This document shows, one piece after another, positions 36,368 to 43,562 of a DNA stretch of 43,562 nucleotides. Below the pieces are notes generated by a model. It saw nothing but the letters and a program-made list of their open reading frames with translations. It made no database searches and was not told the origin of the DNA. The position numbers and the translations under genes were made by a program. The DNA is from a virus. Taxonomy: Duplodnaviria > Caudoviricetes. How positions within the stretch are numbered: position 1 is the stretch's first letter; each line of letters begins with the position of its first letter. The DNA lies in the IMG/VR virus record IMGVR_UViG_3300030207_001021, positions 1 to 43,562 of that record, one strand, 5' to 3'.

Positions 36368-36533
36368 ATTAGATTTAGATATCGTTAAAGATGGTATTGA
36401 TTATTTTATGGACTTTAGAATAGAAGAATTAAAGTCTGATGACCAATATTATCTTGAACATATTATAAAATACATTGAATATTTAGAATTTAAAATAGAT
36501 ATTAAAAATCAAGCATTAAATAAATATGAATGA
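36357..36533 (+). CDS. Small hypothetical protein (58 aa)
   Basis: Probable start MKDKLDLDIVKDG at 36357; the longer ORF-track version overlaps the previous gene heavily. Confidence 0.55.
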   Translation: MKDKLDLDIVKDGIDYFMDFRIEELKSDDQYYLEHIIKYIEYLEFKIDIKNQALNKYE

Positions 36534-37824
36534 TATAGAATATTTTGAAAAAGTTTTATTGGGTAAACTTATAAACAACCCTAACCATTACTATGAAAAT
36601 CATACTTTATTAGACGAATCATTATTCACTAATATTGAACATAAAAAATTATACAATGCTATAGATGCTCAGTATCAAGCTAATAATAAAGTAGATTTAA
36701 CAGAGTTTTACTTATCCTTTTCAGATAAATCATCAGCTATAACACTTGCCAATGAGTGTTTAAACAATTCTTATGATTTGTATCAACCACAATCTTTAAT
36801 TCTTATACTAAATCAAACAAGTAAAAAGAAACAACTTAAAAAATTGTGTGAAAATACATTAAATAGAATCAATAATGATGATGATTTATTTGAAATGGTT
36901 CAAGCTATAGAATTAGAAACACAAAAAATTGGTAACATTGATGATTCTAAAATTATTTCTATAAAAGAACAAATGCCCAACATGTTAAAAACTTTAGAAA
37001 AAAACATGCAATCAAATGGGTTAACAGGTATTCCTAGTGGATTCTTATCTATTGATAACTTTACTAGTGGTTGGCAAAAACAAGATTTAGTTATTGTTGG
37101 AGGTGCTTCATCAATGGGTAAGACTAGTTTTGCTTTAAACTTAGCTATAAATGCTGTAAAACTAGGACATCCTACTGTAGTATTTTCATACGAAATGTCT
37201 GTAAATCAGATGCTTATGAGATTAATTAGTGGTGACACTGATATAAACAATAAACATTTATTAAAAGGTAAACTATACGACAATGAGTTAACTAAAATAC
37301 ACAGTAGTGTTTCTAAGTTAGAAAATTTAGATATGTATATTGATGAATGTAAGAACACGTCTCTTAAATATCTTTTAAATAGAATAAGACAATATGTTAT
37401 AGCAAAAAAAATACAAATGGTTGTTGTAGATTATATGCAACTTATTTCTTACAACATACACGGTAGAAGTAGAGAACAAGAAGTTTCTCACGTTGCTAGA
37501 GCATTAAAGAACATAGCTAAAGAACTAGATATTACTGTTATAGCTTTATCACAGTTGTCTAGAAATGTAAGTAAAAGAGAAACAGGTAGGCCTACACTAG
37601 CAGATTTAAGAGAATCAGGCGAAATAGAACAGGCTGCAGATGTTGTAACTTTTGTATACAGACCAGAGTATTATGGTATTAAAGTAGATGACATGGGTAA
37701 AAGTGTAGAAGGTATGGCAGAAATTATTTTTGCTAAAGGTAGGAATATAGGTATTGGTAGTAGATATCTAAAGTTTATAGATTACTTAACAAAGTTTGAA
37801 GAATTACCAACATTACACCGTTAA
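36526..37824 (+). CDS. dnaB: Replicative DNA helicase (DnaB family)
   Basis: Walker A GASSMGKT, FSYEM, VVDYMQL, ALSQLSR, P.LADLRESGEIEQAAD and AKGRN motifs. Confidence 0.95.
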   Translation: MNDIEYFEKVLLGKLINNPNHYYENHTLLDESLFTNIEHKKLYNAIDAQYQANNKVDLTEFYLSFSDKSSAITLANECLNNSYDLYQPQSLILILNQTSKKKQLKKLCENTLNRINNDDDLFEMVQAIELETQKIGNIDDSKIISIKEQMPNMLKTLEKNMQSNGLTGIPSGFLSIDNFTSGWQKQDLVIVGGASSMGKTSFALNLAINAVKLGHPTVVFSYEMSVNQMLMRLISGDTDINNKHLLKGKLYDNELTKIHSSVSKLENLDMYIDECKNTSLKYLLNRIRQYVIAKKIQMVVVDYMQLISYNIHGRSREQEVSHVARALKNIAKELDITVIALSQLSRNVSKRETGRPTLADLRESGEIEQAADVVTFVYRPEYYGIKVDDMGKSVEGMAEIIFAKGRNIGIGSRYLKFIDYLTKFEELPTLHR

Positions 37825-37856
37825 TAACTATTTTCTTTTTTGTTGTTTTATTTTTG

Positions 37857-37883
37857 TATATTTGTATTTATTAAGTACATTTG
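37857..37883 (+). promoter_or_regulatory. Tandem Bacteroidota -7 boxes
   Basis: TATATTTG (37857-64) and TACATTTG (37876-83) in the gap before the HU-like gene. Confidence 0.5.
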
Positions 37884-37889
37884 TACATT

Positions 37890-38114
37890 ATGATTAGGTT
37901 TGACGACAACGTAAAAAAAGTTTCTAAAAAATTAAAAGTTAGTAAAGCACTTGTTAAAAAAGTTCTTAACAAAACATTTGAGCAAATAGAAACTAACCTT
38001 AATGAAAATAAAAACTTTATGTTCAAAGGTTATGCGAAGTTTGTCAAATCTAATAATAAAAAAAAACCGATAAGTAAAACCGAATTGTTTAATTTAAAAA
38101 CGAAAGACAAATGA
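37890..38114 (+). CDS. HU/IHF-like DNA-binding protein
   Basis: Basic; VSKKLKVSKALVKKVL...I...L......FKGYAKF resembles the HU helical head; ATG at 37890. Confidence 0.65.
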   Translation: MIRFDDNVKKVSKKLKVSKALVKKVLNKTFEQIETNLNENKNFMFKGYAKFVKSNNKKKPISKTELFNLKTKDK

Positions 38115-38794
38115 AACCGAACATTATTATTGTGGGACCCTCGGGGTCAGGTAAGTCGAGCTCTATGAGAAATCTTGACCCTAAGTCCACTGCTGTGATT
38201 AACACAGAAAGAAAACAACTACCATTCAAAAACGCTAATGACTTTATGAACGTACCTGTCAAAAGCGTATCTGAATTTCACTCAGCTTTAGACAAAGCTA
38301 TGGAGAGTGATAAAATTAAAACTATTGTTATTGAATCTTTTACATCTCTTATAGAAATCATATATAGAGAAGCCGAAATAAGATACAAAGGCTTTGATAT
38401 ATGGGGTTATTATAACAAAGAGATAGGTAGAATACTAGACAAGTCTAAAAACTCTGATAAGTACGTTATATTCACTGCTATTGATGGTGTGTATGACGGA
38501 GACAATGGAGTAGAAGAAAGGTTTGTTGCCATTGATGGTAACAGATGGAAGAAAAGAGTAGAAAAAGAATTTGTTATATGTCTATTTACAGATACAAAAG
38601 CAACAGATGAAGGAGTTCAGTATAGGTTTAGAACAAATACAACAGGTAGAGATTCTGCAAAGAGTCCTATGGGTATGTTTTTAGACTTGCATATTGACAA
38701 TGACTTAAAACAAGTTATTAATGCATGTAGAACTTATTACTCTGAACCACAAACTGCTATTATAAATAGTACGTTTGCTAAAGAAAGTGTTTAA
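38111..38794 (+). CDS. AAA_24 / Sak4-like P-loop ATPase (single-strand annealing)
   Basis: GPSGSGKS, INTE.K.LPF, IVIES and AKSPMGMF...I.NDL motifs; followed by an SSB-like gene. Confidence 0.8.
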   Translation: MKPNIIIVGPSGSGKSSSMRNLDPKSTAVINTERKQLPFKNANDFMNVPVKSVSEFHSALDKAMESDKIKTIVIESFTSLIEIIYREAEIRYKGFDIWGYYNKEIGRILDKSKNSDKYVIFTAIDGVYDGDNGVEERFVAIDGNRWKKRVEKEFVICLFTDTKATDEGVQYRFRTNTTGRDSAKSPMGMFLDLHIDNDLKQVINACRTYYSEPQTAIINSTFAKESV

Positions 38795-38810
38795 TTAAAA
38801 TCGAATAAAA

Positions 38811-39359
38811 ATGTTTCCAAAATTGAATGAAACTAAAATAGAAAATGCTTCTACATCCAAGTCAGATTACTTGGGTGCAGGAGCTCATACAGTTGAAATT
38901 AGAAAGTTTAAAACAAGTGATGAAGTACCAGGTTATCAGGGCACACCATATACAGAATTTATGGTAGGTAATGATGCAGGTATAGCATTCTTGAAATTTA
39001 GTGGAGTTGATTCACACACTAGTGATGCTGCTGCAAAAGTAAGAACAGAAATATTTAAATCTTTTCTTATTTCTGCTGGAGCAACTACATTTCAAGACCC
39101 ACACATGGCTTGCAATAGTATTATAAACAAGAAAATTGAAGTCTGTTTGGCGAAAAGGGAATATTGGACTACAGACAAAGACACCAATACTCCACAAATA
39201 AAATCAAGAGTTGAATATAAATTTGCTAATCCATTTGGTAAAAAGATTACCTTTAAGGATAGCTATAATAAACCAATGTCTGCAGAAGATAGAGCTAGAT
39301 ACGAAGAAGCTTTAAAACTTTCGCAAGGAGGTTCTGCTGACATTCAAACACCATTTTAA
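38811..39359 (+). CDS. Single-stranded DNA-binding protein (putative)
   Basis: YL.AG.H.V.I OB-fold-like start, C-terminal PF tail, position after Sak4. Confidence 0.6.
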   Translation: MFPKLNETKIENASTSKSDYLGAGAHTVEIRKFKTSDEVPGYQGTPYTEFMVGNDAGIAFLKFSGVDSHTSDAAAKVRTEIFKSFLISAGATTFQDPHMACNSIINKKIEVCLAKREYWTTDKDTNTPQIKSRVEYKFANPFGKKITFKDSYNKPMSAEDRARYEEALKLSQGGSADIQTPF

Positions 39360-39361
39360 TT

Positions 39362-39529
39362 ATGAAAGTAGTAAATTACTTTAAAAGCAAAAGACAATTA
39401 GATAAATTTGAATTAAAGTTTAGAATGTTGAGCTTTATATTTTTTGAAATAAAATTTGACATATCAAGAAGATGTGGCAAGTTAGTATTGTTTAATGTAG
39501 GTATAGCTACAAACAACTGTGACTGTTAA
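39362..39529 (+). CDS. Small hypothetical protein (55 aa), not in ORF track
   Basis: MKVVNYFKSKRQLDKFELKFRML...NNCDC*; TAATG overlap with the next gene. Confidence 0.55.
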   Translation: MKVVNYFKSKRQLDKFELKFRMLSFIFFEIKFDISRRCGKLVLFNVGIATNNCDC

Positions 39530-39933
39530 TGATATATAAGCATAGAGCTTTTATAAAAAACGGTAAAGTCACTTTTCAAGACAGAGAAAGGTTTGACAAT
39601 CACTTACTTAATTACGAGGGCAAGACTGTAGTTGTTACAGTTAGGGAGCAAAAGGAAAGACGGAGTCTTAACCTTAACTCGTATTATTGGGCGGTGATTG
39701 TCAAACTACTGTCTGAAGAAACAGGTTATAATAAAGATGAAATGCACGAAGTTTTGAAGTCTATGTTCTTAAGAACTAAATACCAAATAAAAGGTATATG
39801 GATACACGGTACTAAATCTACCACAAAACTTACTAATGCGGAGATGCAAGCGTACATTGAAGAATGTAAATCGTTTGCGTCTACCACGTTAGGTCTTTAT
39901 ATTCCTGACCCTAATGAAGTTGAATATGAATAG
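39529..39933 (+). CDS. NinB/Orf-like recombination protein
   Basis: RSL.LN.YYW, E.HE.LK..FL, ST.KL...EM..YIE and G..IPDP motifs. Confidence 0.75.
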   Translation: MIYKHRAFIKNGKVTFQDRERFDNHLLNYEGKTVVVTVREQKERRSLNLNSYYWAVIVKLLSEETGYNKDEMHEVLKSMFLRTKYQIKGIWIHGTKSTTKLTNAEMQAYIEECKSFASTTLGLYIPDPNEVEYE

Positions 39934-40318
39934 TTTTTTTATACTTGGTAATGTTCCTTCCAGTAAAAATGGAAAGAGATGGACAGGTAAGTATCTCATA
40001 CACAGTAAAACAACTATGAGATATATAAAAGAAACTAAAGAAGATTACTTAAGAATAAGAAAAGAATTCTTAAAGGAGTTAAAAAAACATAATGCTCCGT
40101 ATACAATTTCATTTAAATTTATTAGAAACAGTAAACGAAAGTTTGACTACGTTAATCCTTTACAAACTGTACAAGACCTTATGGTTAAGTATCATTGGAT
40201 AGAGGATGATAATGCAGACTTTTTATTACCTGTTCTAGAACCATATGAATACAATAAAGTTAAACCAGGTGTATTAATCACCATAAAATCGAATACAAAT
40301 GACAAAGAGAAGAAATAA
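39926..40318 (+). CDS. RusA-like Holliday junction resolvase
   Basis: GNVPSSKN, D..N....QDLM....IEDDN motifs; start may be 39914 or 39926. Confidence 0.7.
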   Translation: MNSFFILGNVPSSKNGKRWTGKYLIHSKTTMRYIKETKEDYLRIRKEFLKELKKHNAPYTISFKFIRNSKRKFDYVNPLQTVQDLMVKYHWIEDDNADFLLPVLEPYEYNKVKPGVLITIKSNTNDKEKK

Positions 40319-40523
40319 TACTCATTATACTAGACTATTAGACTACCTTAAAGAGTTTAAACATATAACTAGTCTAGACGCAATTAGAGATTTAGGTAAC
40401 ACTAGATTATCAGCAACCATATATGAATTAAGAAAAGATGGATACAATATAATTAGTGAAGACTTAACAGTAAAAAACAGATGGGGTAACAACACCATCA
40501 TAGCATTATATAAATTGATATGA
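40299..40523 (+). CDS. Winged helix-turn-helix protein
   Basis: LL.YL.....ITSLDA...LG.TRLSA.IYELR..GY.I pattern. Confidence 0.75.
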   Translation: MTKRRNNTHYTRLLDYLKEFKHITSLDAIRDLGNTRLSATIYELRKDGYNIISEDLTVKNRWGNNTIIALYKLI

Positions 40524-41338
40524 AAAGACCAAAGATAAAATTAATTACAGACCTAGAGTTAACAGACAATACATACTATGAAGATTATATGTACTTATCT
40601 AATTCTATGTTGAAATCATTTATAGATAAATGTCCTAAACATTATGCTTATAAAATGGAAAACCCAACCAACCCAACACAAGCAATGAAATTTGGAACAG
40701 CATTTCATATGTTAGCATTGGAAGGTTTAGATAAGTTTACAACAAACTATGTTAAAGAACCAGACGTAGACAAAAGAACTACTTTAGGTAAAACAACATT
40801 AGCAAAGTTTAATGAATCGTTAAAGGGTAGGGAGCCTATTACTACAAAGAATTATGAAACTATGATGGGTATGTATGAAGAGTTAGTACATCACAAAAAT
40901 ATAGATTTATTAAGAGGATGTAATGAAATAGAAAAAATATATACATGGAAAAATGAAGATGTAGACATGTTGTGTAAAGGTAAACTTGATGCAGTTAATA
41001 CATCAAAGAAGTATATAGTTGATTTAAAAACAACTAGAAATGCTCATCCAGAAAATTATATAGATATTATGCTTAATTCGTGTTACCATATGCAAGCGGC
41101 TTATTATCTTGATGCTTTGGGGTACGATGATTATTATATTATCGCTATTGAGAAAGATAAGCCGCATTGTATATGTACATTTAAATTAAGTAAAGAAACT
41201 ATTAATGATGGTAGAGAGCTTTATATGAATGCACTAAAGTATTACAAAAGTATAATGATATCAGGAACAGATATGGGCTTAAGAGATTTGTCTATGTCAG
41301 AGATTGATTATAATTCAGGAGAGATATGCGAAATATAA
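40520..41338 (+). CDS. PD-(D/E)XK exonuclease (RecE/ExoVIII-like, DUF3799 type)
   Basis: LS.S.LK, AM.FGTAFH, CKGKLD, IVDLKTT, YHMQAAYY and IAIEK..P motifs. Confidence 0.85.
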   Translation: MKRPKIKLITDLELTDNTYYEDYMYLSNSMLKSFIDKCPKHYAYKMENPTNPTQAMKFGTAFHMLALEGLDKFTTNYVKEPDVDKRTTLGKTTLAKFNESLKGREPITTKNYETMMGMYEELVHHKNIDLLRGCNEIEKIYTWKNEDVDMLCKGKLDAVNTSKKYIVDLKTTRNAHPENYIDIMLNSCYHMQAAYYLDALGYDDYYIIAIEKDKPHCICTFKLSKETINDGRELYMNALKYYKSIMISGTDMGLRDLSMSEIDYNSGEICEI

Positions 41339-41428
41339 ACCCAGTAGATTTAGTTGCTGTATTAATATTTTTAACATTAGCAACTATCAATGTATTATTA
41401 ATTAAAATTTTAAGCGACTGTATATAAT

Positions 41429-41779
41429 ATGGAATTAGTTTTTGTTTACGGAACATTAAGAAAGGGGCATGGTAATCATGTCCTTTTAAAAAACTCTGAA
41501 TTTGTAGACGCAGGTCTTACTAAAAAAAAGTATGCCATGTATGCAAATGGAATACCTTTTGTCAGTGATGATGAAGAGGTGTCAAGTATATTTGGAGAGT
41601 TATATAAGGTATCAAGTCATACACTTCGTATGATAGATTTATTAGAAGGTCACCCTGGTTGGTATGAAAGAAAAAAAATAACTGTGATTGGTGGTAAGAA
41701 AAGATATAAAGCGTGGTTATATTTTAACAATGCTAAAGAGGGACATCTAGTAGAATCTGGTGACTACGAAAGAAGGTGA
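41429..41779 (+). CDS. Gamma-glutamylcyclotransferase (AIG2/YtfP-like)
   Basis: VFVYGTLRKG..NH, GELY.V, D.LEGHP..Y.R and AW.Y motifs. Confidence 0.9.
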   Translation: MELVFVYGTLRKGHGNHVLLKNSEFVDAGLTKKKYAMYANGIPFVSDDEEVSSIFGELYKVSSHTLRMIDLLEGHPGWYERKKITVIGGKKRYKAWLYFNNAKEGHLVESGDYERR

Positions 41780-42021
41780 AAAAACACACTAAAGTTTACA
41801 TGAAATACTTTAACTATGGGATAGATGATTTCATAGGATGCACGGTATGTAATGCTAGAGCTGTTGATATTCATCACATTGAAAGACGTGGTATCGGAGG
41901 CTCCAAGAACAAAGACTACATAGAAAACTTAGCTGCTCTTTGTAGAAGCTGTCATGATAAGGCAGAAAGAAACAAAGAGTTTAATCAAAAAGTAAAAGAA
42001 AAACATTTAAAATTATTATGA
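41776..42021 (+). CDS. Small HNH endonuclease
   Basis: CTVC....DIHHI...G......IENL.ALCRSCH motif. Confidence 0.85.
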   Translation: MKKHTKVYMKYFNYGIDDFIGCTVCNARAVDIHHIERRGIGGSKNKDYIENLAALCRSCHDKAERNKEFNQKVKEKHLKLL

Positions 42022-42470
42022 TGTATAAAGTAAAAACAGACAACGAAAGTGTCAAGAAACTTATAGACCTTGCTTGTAAAATAGGTAATGTCAATAAAAC
42101 AGAATTATTAAGCACTTCTAGAAAAGGTAAAGTTAGAGAAGTAAGAGCTTGTGTAGGTGTTGTATTAAGAATAGCATTTGGAATAACACAAGTAGAAACT
42201 GGAGAGATATTAGGTAGAGACCATTCAACTATACAGTTCTATGAAAGAGAGCATAATAGAATGATGACTTTAAATTATTATAGAGATATATATAATGAAT
42301 TAAGTATCTTTGCAAAAGATTTAGGTCATGAGCCTCAAGTACAGGGGGTAAAAAGTAATGCTATTATACTTGCATTAAAACAAGAAGTAGCATCTTTAAA
42401 ATTTAAGAATAAGGAATTGTCTAAGCAATTAAAACAATTTCAAAAGTTGAAAGAGCTGATATCTCTATAA
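42018..42470 (+). CDS. DnaA domain-IV-like HTH protein with coiled-coil tail
   Basis: L.S.SR...V...R and G.ILGRDHSTI motifs. Confidence 0.7.
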   Translation: MMYKVKTDNESVKKLIDLACKIGNVNKTELLSTSRKGKVREVRACVGVVLRIAFGITQVETGEILGRDHSTIQFYEREHNRMMTLNYYRDIYNELSIFAKDLGHEPQVQGVKSNAIILALKQEVASLKFKNKELSKQLKQFQKLKELISL

Positions 42471-42494
42471 ACTATTCTTTGTTTATTCATGATG

Positions 42495-42524
42495 AAAGGG
42501 GGGGCGTAATGCCTCCCTTTTTTT
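42495..42524 (+). terminator. Terminator between convergent arms
   Basis: AAAG-GGGGGGC-GTAAT-GCCTCCC followed by T7. Confidence 0.75.
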
Positions 42525-43562
42525 TATTCTATTGGAACGTTGTAATAAAATTCTGCTTGTAGGCCGTTGTTCTTACTCCATACAAAACCATGTGCTCTTT
42601 TTACATTTCCTACATATCCTTTGTCGTCATGCCATTGGTCAGTAGCACACATACTTCCAAGATTACGAACTGTAATACCACTTAGCTCAGTTGTTGCGCC
42701 TATCTTATTGTGGTGCACTCCATGTAAATGTCCTCTATGTAATTCTACATAATCTACATCACTCCACATTTCTTTAAATCTTTGTGGCAATATTTGTACA
42801 GCTTTGTCTGCTTTCATCTTATGTCCATGGTCAAAGGCAATAAGGTTTTTACCGTATTTAAAGCCTTTCATTAGCGGTCTAGTGTTATCTACTAGAACGT
42901 TATCATTATTCTCGTAGTATAGCTCTAATGCGTCTCCTAGGTACATTATACATTCTTCATCGTGATTACCAGGCATAATTACCACATGAACAGAACATAT
43001 CTCTGCTAATTCATTTATAGCCATTATCATCAATCTTCTAGCCTTCTTATACATTTCTATATGATGGTCACTATTAAATTGAGGTGTCCCTTTAGTTGTT
43101 CTTGGTATTGGTTTATCGCCATCAGTGTTTAACAAATCATTTCCCACTACAAATAATATTTTGTCTATTGTAAAAGATGAAGCTCTAATTAATAAATGCT
43201 CTATTGCTTTCATTAATCTTTCTTCTGCAATATCCATACTATACTCATCTCCTATTATACCTATCTTTCCTAAATGCAAATCATACGCGCCTATCTCCAA
43301 TAAATGCGGCGTAGTGTCCTGCCCTTTGATAATTTTTTTATGCTTTGGTGTATACTTTGTAAGGTATGATAAATCTTCCATCAAAGATTCTCTTGTGCTT
43401 TTCAAACTCTTAAATGGGTCTATTCGCTTTAGCTTCGCTTTACAGCGATACATGGTAGTAGTAACGGGTTTTCTGTCATTGTCAAACCCTGTCTGTTCGT
43501 AAGTACCAATATCGTACCAATCCACTTCCCATTCACTATCATCAACATCAAATGCTTTCAAC
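42524..43562 (-). CDS. Calcineurin-like metallophosphoesterase, N-terminus outside the window
   Basis: DLHLG, GND...D, PGNHD, HGH and GHLH motifs; the ORF-track start is an internal TTG. Confidence 0.85.
   Translation of the reverse strand, partial: LKAFDVDDSEWEVDWYDIGTYEQTGFDNDRKPVTTTMYRCKAKLKRIDPFKSLKSTRESLMEDLSYLTKYTPKHKKIIKGQDTTPHLLEIGAYDLHLGKIGIIGDEYSMDIAEERLMKAIEHLLIRASSFTIDKILFVVGNDLLNTDGDKPIPRTTKGTPQFNSDHHIEMYKKARRLMIMAINELAEICSVHVVIMPGNHDEECIMYLGDALELYYENNDNVLVDNTRPLMKGFKYGKNLIAFDHGHKMKADKAVQILPQRFKEMWSDVDYVELHRGHLHGVHHNKIGATTELSGITVRNLGSMCATDQWHDDKGYVGNVKRAHGFVWSKNNGLQAEFYYNVPIE

Noticed and set aside
33279-39197. Minus-strand ORFs inside the early arm (33279, 33910, 34145, 36152, 39012)
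   Set aside because: Antisense shadows of recognisable plus-strand genes.
41776-42021. HNH gene as a mobile homing element
   Set aside because: Small free-standing Zn-HNH overlapping both neighbours, with no intron context; typical of nin-like regions.
1-43562. Stop-codon reassignment as in some gut crAss-like phages
   Set aside because: Long genes are intact in the standard code, and TAG (15996, 16918, 26685) and TGA (24868, 28572, 39933) end genes at sensible boundaries.

Overview
This is an AT-rich window from a crAss-like (Crassvirales-related) podophage genome. The host is probably Bacteroidota/Flavobacteriia, judged from TAnnTTTG promoter boxes and A-rich leaders without Shine-Dalgarno motifs; the standard genetic code is used. 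The minus-strand arm (~28.9 kb to 1) is the virion module in crAss-like order: small beta-rich paralogs, putative TerS, TerL, portal, scaffold-like protein, major capsid protein, ring/tail proteins, an IHF-like protein, a 2058-aa muzzle protein and ejected cargo proteins (LysM; M15-type peptidase plus tail lysozyme). A largely non-coding divergent region (28.9-29.7 kb) is followed by a plus-strand early/replication arm (29.7-42.5 kb). That arm has micro-ORFs, a class II glutamine amidotransferase, an amidoligase, a gamma-glutamylcyclotransferase, an initiator-like protein, DnaB, HU, Sak4-like ATPase, SSB, NinB-like, RusA-like, RecE-like and HNH genes, but no recognisable DNA polymerase or primase. 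A convergent partial metallophosphoesterase ends the window. The most unusual signals are non-coding: (i) two ORF-free arrays of back-to-back multibranch stem-loop RNAs (4 units at 31316-31720, 2 units at 35546-35749); (ii) a pseudoknot in the capsid-region mRNA whose loop is complementary to a separately promoted and terminated ~60-nt RNA 10 kb away; (iii) three genes with a promoter box exactly 4 nt from the ATG (probable leaderless mRNAs). All calls come from reading motifs by eye; no database search or folding program was run.
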